Part shown: piece by piece, positions 29,139-44,685 of the stretch
How positions within the stretch are numbered: position 1 is the stretch's first letter
Layout of the letters: every line of letters starts with the position of its first letter
Source of the DNA: the human T2T-CHM13v2.0 reference genome, Homo sapiens
Strand: one strand, 5' to 3'
Assembly: GCF_009914755.1 (NCBI RefSeq)
Contig: NC_060934.1
DNA length: 64,000 bases
Position numbers and translations under genes: made by a program
The notes under the pieces: generated by a model
The model's input: the letters and a program-made list of their open reading frames with translations, nothing else
The model's database searches: none
Told to the model about the DNA's origin: nothing

Positions 29139-31074
29139 ACTAAAAATAGAACTAACATACAATCCAGCAATCCCACTGCAAGGTATATACCCAAAGGAAT
29201 GGAAATCAGGATGTTAAAGTGTTAACTTCACTTTATAGTAGGCAGCATTATTTATAGTAGGCAAGATTTGGAAGCAACTTCAGTGTCCATCATCAAATGA
29301 GTGGATAAAGAAAATGTAGTACATATACACAATGGAGTACTATTCAGTCATAAAAATGAATAAGATCCTGTCATTTGCAACAACATGGATGGAACTGGGA
29401 GGTCATTATGTTAAGTGAAATGAGTCAGAAATAGAAAGAAATGAGTCAGGAATAGAAAGATAAACTTCACATGTTCTCACTTATTTATGAGAGCTAAAAA
29501 TTAAATCAATTGAATTCGTGGAGATAGAGGGTAGAAGAATAGTTACCAGAAGCTGGGAAGGGTAGTTGGGGACTTAGGGGGAAGTGAGGATAGTTAATGG
29601 GTACAAAAAATAGAAAGAATGAGTGAATAAGACCTAGTATTTGATAGCATGACAGAGTAACTATAATCAATAATAATGTACTTGTCCATTTTAAAATAAC
29701 TACAAGAGTACACAATTTGTTTATGACACCAAGGATAAATGCTTGAGAAGGCAGATATCCCATTTACTATGATGTGGTTATTAGGCATTACATGCCTATA
29801 TCAAAGTATCTCATGTGCCCTATATATAATCACACCTACTATGTACTCTCTACAATTAAAAATAATAATTTTTTTGAACGGCAGGAGCAAAATTTCTTAT
29901 AGCATCTGGATACACTGCAGCTATAGTAACCTTGTTGTTTTATTATTATCAGTGGCACTTATCAGTGGTGTCTTTTGCTACCCAATTCAATATTCTATAG
30001 CTACTCAACTACTCTTTGTCTATGCTTCTATTGTTTCTTCTCTTGACATGACAAATGCTTCTGGAATTAATTTATGCTTCTTCCTAGCTTTTTCTGTCTA
30101 ATAATGTCACCGTACTACTGCTTTTTCTCTATCTTTTAGCTTCTGTACTTCTCAAATATTACTGCTATTTATATGTGGCCATTTTCTAGAGGGTAACATA
30201 GACCATCAAAGGATCTGATTGAATTGACTAGTTACCATATGAAGTGGAGAATGTTAGTACTGTATGTTCTATACCTCTCATATTGCCCTGCCTTGTAGAC
30301 CATTGATTATTCCAGATGATTGACTGAATGAGAGGTGATTCCTGCTCCAATAATCCCTGGCTCTGCTTGCAGAACCACATGGAACTAAACACAGTGATCC
30401 ATGCACCAGGAACCTCTTAGAAGGAAACTGAAAATGTCATGCACATAGAGGCTCTCCAGAAAGAGTATTGTAGTAAGCAGCCATCTTGTGTGGCCTGCCC
30501 TAAAACATTCATTTATTAGTGTCTCTTCCATGGACATCTCTTTTCTTACACTGATCAGTCTTTGTATTCATGAAGCAATACCAAATGATTAAGATTATAC
30601 CTTTGAAATTAAAAAAAAAATCTGATACTTGACAATGCCTCTCATATTCTTTTACTTTCTGATTTTTCTTAGACGTTTGGTGATTTTGCTTTGTTAGGAT
30701 GGAATTTTAGTCATTTTATCAGTTTCCAAAAATTCCCCCTTGAAAATTAGATTGGAGTTACATTTTTATAAGTTATTCATGGCTAAATTGGCATCAAAAT
30801 ATTGAATATTTCTACCAAGGCAATTATAGTAGAGTAAAATCCACTGAGCCAACCTCTTGTAATCCAGAAATTCCAATATTTCCACAAGACCAAATTGAAA
30901 CATAATAGAAAATATCAATAGTAATATGGCTCATATAATAATATTACAGCTATATAATAAATGTTTCATGGTATTTCATTATATCAAAATATTTTTAGAA
31001 TATAAGAAGTGCTAATTACTCTATTTAACATGATAGCTCAGAAATTAGAAATATCAACATTGTTCAAATAATAA

Positions 31075-31297
31075 GATAATAACTATTAAGTATTTACTTT
31101 GTGCCAGGGTTCCAAGAGCTTAACTTGCATTGGAGCATTTAATCCTCAGTGGGAGATTTATCATCCCCATTTTGCAAATGAGGAAACACTTACAGAGAGT
31201 TTAAGCAACTTGCCTAACATAATACAACTACTAAGTGGTGGAACCAGGATTTAAACTCCAGGCAGTTTGATCTAGAGACCATACTCTTAACCATTAT
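31075..31297 (-). mobile_element. MIR SINE
   Basis: CCCCATTTTGCAAATGAGGAAAC...TTAAGCAACTTGCCTAA...GGATTTAAACTCCAGGCAGT core. Confidence 0.85.
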
Positions 31298-33466
31298 TAA
31301 GATCAGTCTATGAAATATGAAAACCATCAATTTAATCTCACAGAGTCACTTCTTTGAGACATATGTCAAGTTTTAATATATATTAAGGGCAACTTTGAAA
31401 AGAAGGCAGTGTTGATGAGAGTAAAAAAGACAATGATATGTATATTATTTACATTGCCCAAATGTTTCTATGATGGTTAAACAAAGTATCAGATACAGCC
31501 TTTTAGCTTGACAACGTATGTTTTGTTTTCTTTTTCTTTTTTTCTTTTAGCTGACTCTTGCTCCTCTCAGGAAGAGAACATATTTTCAAGTTTATTTGCC
31601 TAGGCATCAAATGTTTAAATATTTTAGTCAATTTCTAATTAAAATAATTACTTTTAATCAACATTTTCTTATATTTCTTTCTCATTTTTAATTTCAGAGC
31701 CAGACAATTATGCATTTCTTTAGTCAACAACTAGCTGCTAATTATTTACTATGTGTCAAGTCTTATAATGCTGAAGTGAAGAAAAGAGATTTAAAGTCAT
31801 GGATGTGGTTTCCTTTGGACCTTAAATTCTAGCACAAAATATGATAAACATTGTAATCAATGCTATCATGTACAGGTATGTGGTGCTATGTGAATATATG
31901 GGAATACCTAATTCGTAAACTGGGTTTAGAAAATTCTTGCAGAAGAAAGTGGCATCCAAACAAAGAACCAAGAACGAATAAAAATTATTATAGATAAAGT
32001 GAAGCGGGTCTAGTGGAATGACAAAATTACTGAGTGTCAAGAGGTGGAAGGACTTGGTGAATAATTTGAAAAGGAACCATCGGAGGATGATGGCCACATT
32101 TCTGGCTCCAGCCATCAGGTAAATATTAACATTCCTTTAAATCTGCATTTTTGTTTTAAATCGTTTTCATATTTATTATCTTTATTTAATCTGAGAACAA
32201 CTTTTTGGGAGATAGAGAGGTATGCATTTTCTAGCTGAAAATACAAACTGTTTACATAATTTGCCTAAAGTCTCAGTTGAAGAGGGTAAGGGAGGGTAGT
32301 TAGTGGATTGCACACAGAATGAAGTTGTTTTCACCATAATTTCTACTCATTTAGAACATACTTTTTATTCTGCTGTCTAAAGAGCAACATGTCTTCTTTC
32401 AGACAAGATTATTATCTGGATTCAAATCAATGATACATTTTTCCCTTTGTCATCTGATGTAGACATTTCTAACTGGCTCTCCTGACAGGAGCAATCCATC
32501 ATCATAGCTGGTGGAACAATTTTGATCAACTATGTCAACACCCCTATCATTACCACCAAGTGCAAATGCACATTAATATTCTATGTAATGGCCAAGCAGA
32601 TGCAGAAAGACAATACATCTCTTCAAAAGGCTCCTGCAGGCCTCTTCTTTGTTTTCTCACCCTCCCTCTTTTTTTCAAGCTTTGATCATATGTTCTAATT
32701 AGATCTCAAGGTTCATTTTACTATACCACAAGCTTCTGTATGGCCACTGGAATCCTTCTAACTCCATTTACCTACACTATCCAATTATAAACTTAGATGG
32801 AAGTTAAACAGCCTGTGAGAACTCAGAAGGATATCTCATTGAAATGGTAGAAGAGTTCACTGCTGTATCTCAGTAGCAGGCAGGCACCTCAAACTGGTTA
32901 AACTGTGTGCACCACAGTACTGGTGCTATGAAGGTTTCTTTCACAATAGTTTTGCATTTTTTAGGTGTTCAAGATATGTCTTTGTGGTGTATGCATGTGT
33001 GTTTCTGTGTGTGTGCACGTTGTGTGTCTGTGTGTTTCTTTTGCTTTTTGGATGGGTGGGAAGTTAATAAGTGTCATGAATTATTAAAAAGGAACTTGAC
33101 CTTATAGTGATTCCAACAGAAAGGAACAAAATCTGGAGATATCAGAGAGTCCCTTGTGCATATTCCAGGGACTATGCGGGCAACTATCTCTGATGGTTGC
33201 AAGAGGAAAAAAGAAGGATTTCAGCATAGATGACAAATTATCACTCAAATGATGATAGTCTGTGGTTATAGGCCTTGCCTCCCACTTGGATTTTGGTATT
33301 ACCCACTAAAAGTGCTCATCTTGGAAGAGGATGTGGAGCCTCAGATGCCTTCTCTGCTTTCCCTATATGGTCCAGGAAAGCCTATTCCCTGAGACTTTTC
33401 TCAACAATCTTACCTCCCAAGACAGACAACACTACTAAATACACTCCCTGAAGGATGAAGGCATCT

Positions 33467-33968
33467 TGCTCGAGGAAAATTACCTAGTGACCATCAAGCA
33501 GGCCATCCAGAGGCAAAACTCCTTATCTGAGGAATTTAGAAGTAATTTGACTTCCCTATTATCAAAAGCATGCATCTGGTACCAAGCTCTTTTCCCAAAA
33601 CTTTGTAAGTAACTAGAATTTCTATAGATCTCTGGAATGTATGCATATTGAAACTCATTGTGCAACCCTTGCTGACATCAAGGCACCAAAATATCTATAA
33701 ATGTAATCATTCCTCATGACCTACATGGCTAATACGGTTCAAAATACCCTTAAGCTCCCACTTTAAAGTCCATAAAAACCCCTAAGGAAAATCCACCGCT
33801 TCACACTCAGTCCTCCCTTGCTGAGGTGCCTCGCTGTACTCTTCTGCAGCATGCTTTCTATCTAATAAAACCTTCCTTTTCAAACCTATACTGTTGTCAA
33901 TAAATTCTTCTTGCCAACCTGAGAGTCAACCACTTTCTGATGCTGGGGCTCTGACACCCTGCCGGGCA
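33467..33968 (+). repeat. 5' LTR (~500 bp) of the provirus
   Basis: Shares about 97 bp with 38757-38853. CATAAAA at about 33771, AATAAA at about 33864, ends in CA. Followed by a degenerate PBS-like sequence. Confidence 0.8.
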
Positions 33969-34632
33969 TCTTTTTGACTCATCCTGGGACTTTACTGGGA
34001 TTTCTCCCTTCTTTTTTCTCTCTGCTTCCCTCAACAGTCTGGTACTTTACTCTTAGAAACCAATGATCTTTGGCTGAGGCCACTCTTCAGTGGGATCCTG
34101 AAGCCCTAGAGAAGGAGTGTCTGTCTGTCTCTGCCCTTGGGGCCGAGAAACTGGCCAGGGTTCTTTTCCATTTTTGAATTACCAGTGAACCAGCTTAAGT
34201 ACTCTTTGGCAATTGAGGGTTTCTGGCTGAGTGCACTCCTTGGTATTATCCAAAGGCCAAGACAAAAAAGCAAATTTACTATTGCCCCCTTCCAAGGGTG
34301 GCAAGTCCACCTTCACTTTAACACTGTAAACCGTGCCTTGGAAATGAGCAGCAGCAAAATCAACTCTGCACAGACACAATCTGCTGGTTGTGGACCCCAT
34401 TTTGAATTGAACTTTGTCACAGACATCACATCGCAAGTCACGGACAAGTTCTCCTTCACATTAGGTTTGAGCTGATCACTCAAACAAGGGCAGGCCTAGA
34501 CTGCTCATCCAGGCAAGGGTAGGCCCTCTATCCATGGTAGGCACCCCCAGATAGAGTGAGCAAAGGGAAAAGGGAGGTCAAAATCCCTCGCAGGCACTTC
34601 AGGAATCTTATAGTGCCGTATCTAAACCCAAC

Positions 34633-36300
<1,668 letters not shown>

Positions 36301-36496
36301 CTCTTCCTTCTGGGCTGTCACAGCTACAGCCTTATCAATCTACCTAACAAGGGAGTCCTGCAGAATGGGGACGAGGGCAATGCCAAGGACAAGCTCTTCT
36401 AACTCTATTCCTGGATTATAATCAAGCCTCTGAAATTCATCCTCTAGATGACTGATGGGGCCTTGAGGCCATCCAGCCCCTATCTTTTCCATCTCT

Positions 36497-36790
36497 ATGG
36501 ATAAGTCTAGAGTAAATCTGATTGTGGCTAAACAAGAGATAATGTTCTTCATAGATACAGGGGCCAGTTATTCATCTTTAAACATTTACTATGGCCCAAT
36601 GTGCCAGTCCTCCATTTTTCTCACAGGTATTGATGGAAAACCCCAAGGAGGCTGTTTTACACTGCCACTCCCTTGTAAAATGGAAGGCTATTCCTTTCCT
36701 CATTCCTTTTAGTCGTGCCAAGCTGCCTTGTTCCATTATTAGGCCATGACTTAACACAAAATTACATGCTAATTTACAACGAAGCCCTCA
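36497..36790 (+). pseudogene. pro: Retroviral aspartic protease remnant
   Basis: FFIDTGASYSSL active-site motif, TGIDGKP flap and PSCLVPLLGHD. Confidence 0.88.
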
Positions 36791-36879
36791 CCTTCCAGCT
36801 GTATTAACTCACACTTCACTAAAAGAGCAACTGCAGTCTACAGAAACTCAAACTCTAAAACAAGTGCCATTTGAAGTTG

Positions 36880-38070
36880 GAATACTTCTCTTCCTGGTCA
36901 ATCAATATCAGCTGCTCTTGTATTCATTCAGCTTCAGATTCCCAATAAGTTCTTCAGACTCCCTGATGCCTCTTGAAACCAGAAGCATGAAAAGAGTTAC
37001 AGCCCCTAATAACAAAATTTTTAACCCATGGATTATTGCACCCATGCAACTGACCTTGCAACTCTCATTTTAGCTGTAAAGGAATCAGATGGCTCCTATC
37101 AGCTAGCACAAACCTTAGAATTATTAATGAAGCTGTTATTCTGATTCATCCTATTGTCCCAAACACTTATACCCTTTTTGGACAGACTCTCTCCACCACA
37201 GCTTAGTTTACTGTACTTGATCTTAAGGATGACTTTTTCTGCATTCCTGTACAATCAGATAGCCAATTTTTGTTTGCTTTTGAATGGCAAATAACTTAAC
37301 TTGAACAATTCTGCCCCAGGGAATGGCAAAACACTTAACTTGAACAATTCTGCCCCAGGGAATCAGAGATAGCCTCCACCTTTTCGGACAGGCCCTAGCT
37401 AGAAACCTGTCTACCCTGCAGCTTCTCCAAGACAGCAATCTACTCCCTTATGTGGATGACCCTACTAATCTGTAGTCCTAACAAGGCTGTTTTAGACAAA
37501 AATACAGTGTTAGTATCAAACAAACTTGCTGACTGTGGATACAAAGTATCTCCTTCTAAGGTACAAATATTCACAGAAAGCGTTCACTTTTGGGGCCTTA
37601 TTTTAACCCTTGGTACAAAGAGCCTCTCTAGCGCTCCTGAAGATCTTATCTTAAACATGACAACTCCAGGAACTAAACAACAGCTTCTGTCCTTTTTGGG
37701 TATGGCTGTGTTTTACAGAATATGTATTCCTTCCTTTGGATTAAAAGGAAAACCTTTATATGAAGCCCTCCAGGGAAGTGAGGAACAACCTCTATCGTGG
37801 ACTAATAATGTGAAGCATGCTCTAAACACTTTAAAAACAGGCTGTAATCTCAGTCCCAGCCTTAGCCCTACCTGATCTGACTAAGCCTTTCTTTTTTTAC
37901 GTACACAAATGAAGGGGGATAGTTTTGAGAGTGAGCCTAAGATCTATGGCCCTCTAAGCACCCCACAGCATATTTTTCAAAAGCTTTAGACCTAGTATCC
38001 TAGGAATCCCTCCCCACCTCCCAGCTTAAGAGCCTTAGCAGTGGTAGCCCTCTTAGTCTAAGAAACCTTA
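36880..38070 (+). pseudogene. pol: Reverse transcriptase/connection remnant (no RNase H or integrase)
   Basis: TVLDLKDDFFCIPV, LPQG, YVDD (about 37449), GYKVSPSKVQ, QLLSFLGMAVFYR and ALPDLTKPF, with stops and frameshifts. Confidence 0.9.
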
Positions 38071-38114
38071 AAAATATATTAACCCTCCTGGGATCTTATG
38101 GCTTTGCTTCACTG

Positions 38115-38560
38115 CTAATTACCCCCTAGCTAAAAAAGGAGTCTGTGCGTTCATCAATAAAACATGTTCCACTTCTCTTTTCTGTACAGGAATGCGGAAA
38201 AAGAGAAGTGAAAACTAATGTCCAAAAAAATTTTCAAACAAGCCACATGGCTATACACACTTTCCTAAAGTAACCACTACTGGGCCAAAACCTCTACTGA
38301 TTGGTTTCTAAAAATCACATGGCTTCTCCTATTACTTGGACCTTTATTCCTTGTTACTCTTCTTTTAATCTTTGGTCTCTGCCTTTTTAATGCTCTCATT
38401 AAGTTTATATCATCCAGGTTACGATTCCACCTACAGATGACTATGCAATCCCAATATCGGCCTGCAACAGCAACTTCCATTTACATGGGGCCTCTTAATG
38501 GAATCGTTTCTTCTCCCCATGAACAAGTTTTTCATGATCCTCATTCCCTTCATGACAACA
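38115..38560 (+). pseudogene. env: env TM-subunit remnant
   Basis: Degenerate GVCAFINKTC motif and the hydrophobic anchor WLLLLLGPLFLVTLLLIFGLCLFNALIKFISSRL. Confidence 0.8.
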
Positions 38561-38749
38561 GAGAGAAAAGGAAAAATACAACTTATCCACTCACTATCCC
38601 CTTTCAGCAGGAAGTAACCAGACAGACCTGGGGCCCCTCTTCACTGTGCTATTTTCTGTTTCTTGAGACTGTAATAGGCAGCAGGTAGACATGAGCATGG
38701 GGGAACACAAAGGGTCAAAGATTTGACCAAGATATTTTCAGGAAGAAAA

Positions 38750-38855
38750 TAAGGAGAGGAAAGATCACCTGGAGACTATCAAGCAGGCCATCCAGAGGCA
38801 AAACTTCTTATCTGAGGAATTTAGAAGTAATTCAACCTCCCTATTATCAAAAGTA
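38750..38855 (+). repeat. Truncated 3' LTR
   Basis: Preceded by the purine tract AGGAAGAAAA. Matches the start of the 5' LTR; similarity ends abruptly at about 38855. Confidence 0.8.
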
Positions 38856-39269
38856 CATAACTTCACCCTGCACTCTTCAACTACTCAGTGATTCCCACAC
38901 CTCAGTCTACTTCAAACCCTAGATACCTAGCTCCAGATTCTTTAGAGAAGAGGATTTGAGGTTTCCTCTCATCTCCTCCTGTGGCTATCTTAAGATTATT
39001 AAACACTTTCTCTGCTGCAATCTCCAGTGCCTCACTATATTGACTATTACATAACTGACTGCAAAGCATGTCTGTATTTGTGTAAAATATTATCAGAATT
39101 GTGGGAAAATAGACAAGTTCTATGATAGAGTCTATTTCTAACCCATGTTGACTCCAAGTCTCTATATTGGGCCCACCTGCAAAATCAGAGTGTAAACGAA
39201 AGAGTTGAGCTGCAATTAGAAACCTTAATGAAAAGCAACTTTTCAGGCTTTGCTTTTTTCCTTGGCTAT

Positions 39270-39895
39270 TGTTGGGGCTTAGGAACTGATACCCCAAAAT
39301 ACATGCTTCGATATGCAGAACTGAAGAAACCTCAAGGTCTCTCTGACCTCTCACTTCCCCATTGTCTCTCCCAAAGCACAGGATGAGTTGTTGCCTGAAG
39401 TCCCTTTATCTGCCTAAAGTACTGATCCACCAGGAGAACAACTGTTTATTCTTCTCCTTACTATTATCTCATTATCTATTACAGAAAAGAAGGCCAAAAA
39501 TGTAACCACACTTGAATAGACCCTTTCACAAGATAATGTCTGTCTCTCAGGCTCATTCAAATTCCATGGAGAAATATCTTAAAGTTAATCATCTCTGCCC
39601 TCCAATCCATTCATTCTCCCTAGTTGTCATTTATTGCCTGTCAACAGAATTCCTCTTTTCCTCCCTCCTATAACCTGTTTTGCCAAGACCTAAGTTCCCA
39701 TTCTTTCTGTACCCACAAAAGATGATATATAAGCTTCTAAACCCTATTTGGGGGATAGGTAATCACTCCGTGATTCTCACTGTGTACACATTAATAAATC
39801 TGTATGCCCTTTCTCCAATTAATTTGCCATTTGTCAGTTGATTTTTCAGTAAACCTTCAGAGGACAAAAGGGAAGTTTTCCCTTTGGTCCCTACA
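39270..39895 (+). mobile_element. MER39-like ERV1 solo LTR
   Basis: TGTTGGGGCTTAGGAAC...TCCCTACA, with TATATAA and AATAAA. Perfect TSD CTAT on both sides. Confidence 0.88.
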
Positions 39896-40254
39896 CTATT
39901 AATTCCTATGTCTTACCTACTCAAATTTCTTCAAGCTTTAAACAGAGTCAAAGCAGGAAAAAGCAGAACAGGTAAATGACAGGAAGTTTCTACTTACAGA
40001 ACACTTGTAAAAGTGTATGCAATGTCCTATAAACCATCATTTTTTTCTTAATCGTATCTTTATAATTGGATTTAATTATATTTTCAAAATTTTAAGGATA
40101 GCTCATATATATTGAAATTAATCTCTCACACTTCCATATTCAGAAACTCTAGATCTGACATAGAGATCATTTCACCTTCCTGATTAATATAGGCAGTACG
40201 TGGTGCACAATGAAGACAGACTTTGCGGCCAAGACAAAAGTACCTGAGTCTTCA

Positions 40255-40425
40255 CCCTGTTGGAACAGTGTATATCAGAGTGACTTTGGGAGAGTAATTT
40301 TAAGTTATTTGTTTTCTTTCCTATCCATAAAATGGTTTTCCAAGTCCCTTCCTCAAGGGTTGCTTTAAGGTAAAATGAGAGAATGTATGTGAAGTTCCTG
40401 TCAGGTAGTGATCTCTCAACAAAAC
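40255..40425 (+). mobile_element. MIR fragment
   Basis: GTGACTTTGGG...TTTCCTATCCATAAAATGG...AAATGAGAGAATGTATGTGAAG. Confidence 0.65.
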
Positions 40426-40844
40426 TTCCTTCCCTCAGGCTAGATTTCATTATTAGCAGCTCAAGGGTATAACTTTTACCTTTACTTGATCTTCTCAGCT
40501 TCTGTTGGGAATTTTATTTTAAACTGAAGGGCATTTTCTCTTTGCTTCACTTCTTAAGTAAATTCAGTACATTTAAATTATTTCCCTTGATCTTCCTACC
40601 TCATCTTCTTTTACAGAGAAACTAATTTGACCTTCCCTCCAAGCTACTTGTCACTTGTCTCTTTTTCCAGTCCTTATGTTATATTCCTATTCTTAGCCAA
40701 TGATTTCAAATGCAATTCTTTAAGTAATATTTTTCAAATTGCCTTTAATTAATAAAATATGTTGTATTAAACACATTGTATTACAATTGTATTTAATTAA
40801 TATAACGTGTTTTGCTTGTCTTTCTGTTAGTATGAACTTATGGT

Positions 40845-41380
40845 TGAAGGCATTCTCAGGGGTTAACAAGAATTCTGGACAGAAATATGGCTATAAGTAA
40901 GTATTAATCAGGCTGCACTTTGACCCACTTCCTTGTAACTGAAAGTCACTAGATCCTGAATATTTGTATCCCCATTCCCACTGTTCTTATAGATAGAATC
41001 TCTGACATCAGAATCATAAGGCTTTTCTTTAAGAATTGCTTAAAGATGTTCTTCGGATCCCCAATTCCAGTGAAACAGCTGATGACAACCATTTTGAAGA
41101 CCCCCACAGAGGAACAGAATCAACATGAGATGGTTTCTTCCTCTCCCCATCCTATGACTTCCCCCTGTACTCTTCCACCAATTAACAATCTCCACACTTT
41201 GACCCACTCCAAAACCCTTAAAAACCCAGCCCCAAACTACCTGGGGAGATGGATTTGAGGTTCCTTCCCATCTTCTCCTTCGATGGCCCAACCATTAAAC
41301 CTCTTTCTCTGCTGTAACCTCGTGTCTCAGCATATTGACTTTTTGCACATATTGGGCAAAAAAAACCTATTATGGTTACT
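40845..41380 (+). mobile_element. ERV1 solo LTR, LTR26-like
   Basis: TGAAGGC...ATTAAACCTCTTTCTCTGCTG...TATGGTTAC(T). TSD TGGT/TGAT. Confidence 0.75.
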
Positions 41381-43697
41381 TGATTGTGATAACATCAAAA
41401 GTACACTGAATTTGGAGTCAGGAGACCTGAATTCTAATCCTAGCTTTGACATTAATTAGCTACGTGGATATAGGTAACTCACTTCACTTCTGAAGGCCTC
41501 AAAGCCCTCCAAGGATTTTGAGATAGGCAATTTTTCCCTCAACTTAGCATTATCATTTCATGGTTTTATGATGCAACTTTTACAGCATCACAATGTTCCA
41601 TTAATAAAATTATATTGGTTTTTCCATATTTTTAAATCTAAACCTTCAAATAACTATTTGTTTTCATTTTTTTCTGGTGTGTTGCCTTTGTCTTTCCCCT
41701 TTATTCTTTCATGTTTTGCTTACCTAAGGAAAAGCTTACAAGAAGGAGCTGTGTCAACAGTAGTTGGTATGGATCCACACTAACTTTTATTTGGGGTTTT
41801 AACTAAGAGAACTTAATGTATGACTTATTGTAAAATTATAAAAATCAAATCAAGTTTTATAACAACAGCCATAGAATGGTCTTTTTTTTTGCAAAACCAA
41901 AGATACATATACATAAATGAATATGATTTATGTAGAAAATGATATTAAAGGATACATACAAAATTATTGAGAAGCAATTAGCCCTGGAAGAGAAAAATCT
42001 GAGCTAGAGGGGTAGTGAGGCTAAAATTTGTACTATAAACTGTCCTATATTATTTAATTTGGTATAACAAGAGTGTATTATTCTTATAATAGGAATATTA
42101 CTTTAAACATTTTTATTAACTGATATTTATTTTATGTATATAAGGTTTTTTTTCAATGTGGCTTTGTAATCTACCACATACTGGACTTAAAGTTATAAAC
42201 AGGAGAGATGACTGAAGTGGAGGAAGGTTCATTAGCCTCACACAGGAAATGCCTTGAAGTAGACCGTGGGTGAATCTGTTTAAGCTGTGACCCAAGCAGA
42301 AATACTTTCTTCTCAAAGTGATTTGAAACTATTATTCTCATTGAATCTATGATAAGAAAACTAATTATGATAACAGACATACGGTTGGAAGAGGAAACAC
42401 AGGTAGAGCTGTCTTTACATTAGAGAAAGAACTGAGAGAGCTAGGCAAAAGCCATCATTGGGGGTAACAGAACACAGCAGGGGGAAGCATTCTGCAGAGC
42501 ATATTGGAACAAAGCAAGTCTCTCCAAAAAAATCTAAAGAAAATATTTTCAGAAAGTGCACAAGGCAAAGACTAATGGCTCCCTGCAGATATTCATAAGG
42601 ATATAAGAAAGAAGAGGCTTTCCAAGAAAATATAACATATTTCAACAACAACAAAAGACTGGGCTAGATTTGAGACACACTAAGAGTCATTAACAACTAG
42701 AAGTTCTTATCATAACACTATCTATACTGTTTACAATTGTGTCACTTTATGCTTATATAAAGTATAAAGAGACCACTTTACAGAATATGGGTTCAGTCAT
42801 TGTCAGGGTATCAGAGTATCTTTTGTTTTCCTTTATTATATTGTAAGGACAACATAAAGTAACCCAAAGAGAAAGGAGAGAACAGCTTAACCTCTCTAAA
42901 CACTGCACATTTTGGAAGTCTAATCCCCTCTCCCTGTCCCAAATCCTCTCATTATATCTAAGCCCAGTGGAAGTATGCTGGTCCTCACAGGCTGGCAGTT
43001 TTCTCAACCTGCAATTAGAGTGTTTAGCTCTTTTTGCCAGCTACAGCTTTAGTCATCAATTCCAGGAAACCCTGACACCAATTCACTGAATATCTAAACA
43101 TACATTACCTACTTGATCATCTATATTCCCAGATGCAATGAACATATTTTCTTGTTATCTTTTTAAGTCTTCTAAGTTATATTGTGCACAATTTAAATAC
43201 ACTTGCCTTAGTTTCTGAGACAGCCGTTTCTCGGTTTTCTATCTTTCCCAGTTATTTCTTGCCAATCTCCTTTGTTAGCTCCTCCTCTTCAACATGAATT
43301 CTAAATGTGTTTGCTTCTATATCATATTTTCTGCTCTAATATACCCTGTCTATATGTTATTACATCCTAAGAAAAAAACAATTCCTATCATAGGTCAAAC
43401 TTATGCTCTAAATTCCAAAATCATATACCCAATGGCTGATATAATATAACTATGAAATGAGCAAATTCAATATCTAAAGGCCACTAAATTGGAATGAGAC
43501 TTCTACCCGAAACAGATTCCTCCAAGTCTTCCTTAAATCCATAAGTTACTTTCACACACACACAATGCCCCAAAACAAGAAACCCCAAAGCCACATTTGT
43601 TTCCCAATTTCCTTCAATCCCACATTCATTCCCAGCAATTTCAGTCAATTTTACCTCTAAAATATGTTTTGAATTTGTTTACCTCTTCTGCAATTCT

Positions 43698-44003
43698 CTA
43701 GTGCATTACTAATATAAATACAATGCAAGCAACATATGTAATTTTTAACTTGCTAGTAGTCATATTAAAAATAATTTGTGTAAGTCAAAGTGATAATATT
43801 TTGGATATATTTGGTTAAAATATATTATTGACATTAATTTGACATGTAAAATATAAATATATTTGAGATATTTTATATCATTTTTCCTTGATAAATGTTC
43901 AAAATTTGTTGTGTGTCGTACATTTACATGGCACATCTCATTTCACATAGCCGAAGTTCAAGTGCTTGATAAGTCACATGTAACTACTATATCGGACAGT
44001 GCA
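43698..44003. mobile_element. MER33-like hAT DNA transposon
   Basis: AATACAATGCAAGCAACATATGTAATTTT...TTCAAGTGCTTGATAAGTCACATG...CGGACAGTGCAG; about 305 bp. Confidence 0.75.
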
Positions 44004-44119
44004 GCTCTAGTATATGGCAACATTACCTGTTGCCTGGAGAAATACAACAGACTCATATCTGGTATCCTCACATCTATTCTTGCCCATCCTCCATTTCCAA
44101 TAACATACTTCCTATGGAT

Positions 44120-44685
44120 TGGTGAGAACTGAAAACGACATAATCCTCTGTCCCACAGGGACAGGAACTGGGCAGACCTTCCTGCTCCTGTGTTAATAAT
44201 ACTAAGAGCAAGCAAAACAATACTTAGCTGCTTTCTCCAGGAAATACCTGCTCCTAGAAGAGAAAACTGAAACAGTTAAACTGACCAATTATCAAGACTA
44301 GTAAGCTCATTAAGATTTACTACCAAACCTTCAATTCATTTTGTCCACTCATCCAAATCTACTTATCACCACAATCCAACCAGTTCTCTCTCTTGCAAGA
44401 TACACTTTAAAATCACTCAGCACAGGCTTTAAAATGCTTCTCTAATTTTCCCACCTTGAGTTATCCACATATTGGCCAACAAACCTATTATGGTTACTTG
44501 GTTGTGATAACACCAAAAGTACACTGAATTTGGAGTCAGGAGACCTGAATTCTAATCCCAGCTTTGACATTAATTAGCTACATGGATGTAGGTAACTCAC
44601 TTCAAGGTGGTATTCTCCTTTATCACACTAAGTCTTAGTGGTAGTACTGCTTGATTAACATACTTTTGGAAAGTCAACATTCAAC
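44120..44685 (+). mobile_element. Old ERV-type LTR (family uncertain) carrying a 139-bp insert
   Basis: LTR-like composition. CCAAT-like and TTTAAAA elements, then CTTGAG|insert|AGGTGGTATTCTCC. Confidence 0.45.

Noticed and set aside
38902-39354. 150-aa minus-strand ORF
   Set aside because: Starts within MER39 and crosses its boundary. No homology or splice structure recognised.
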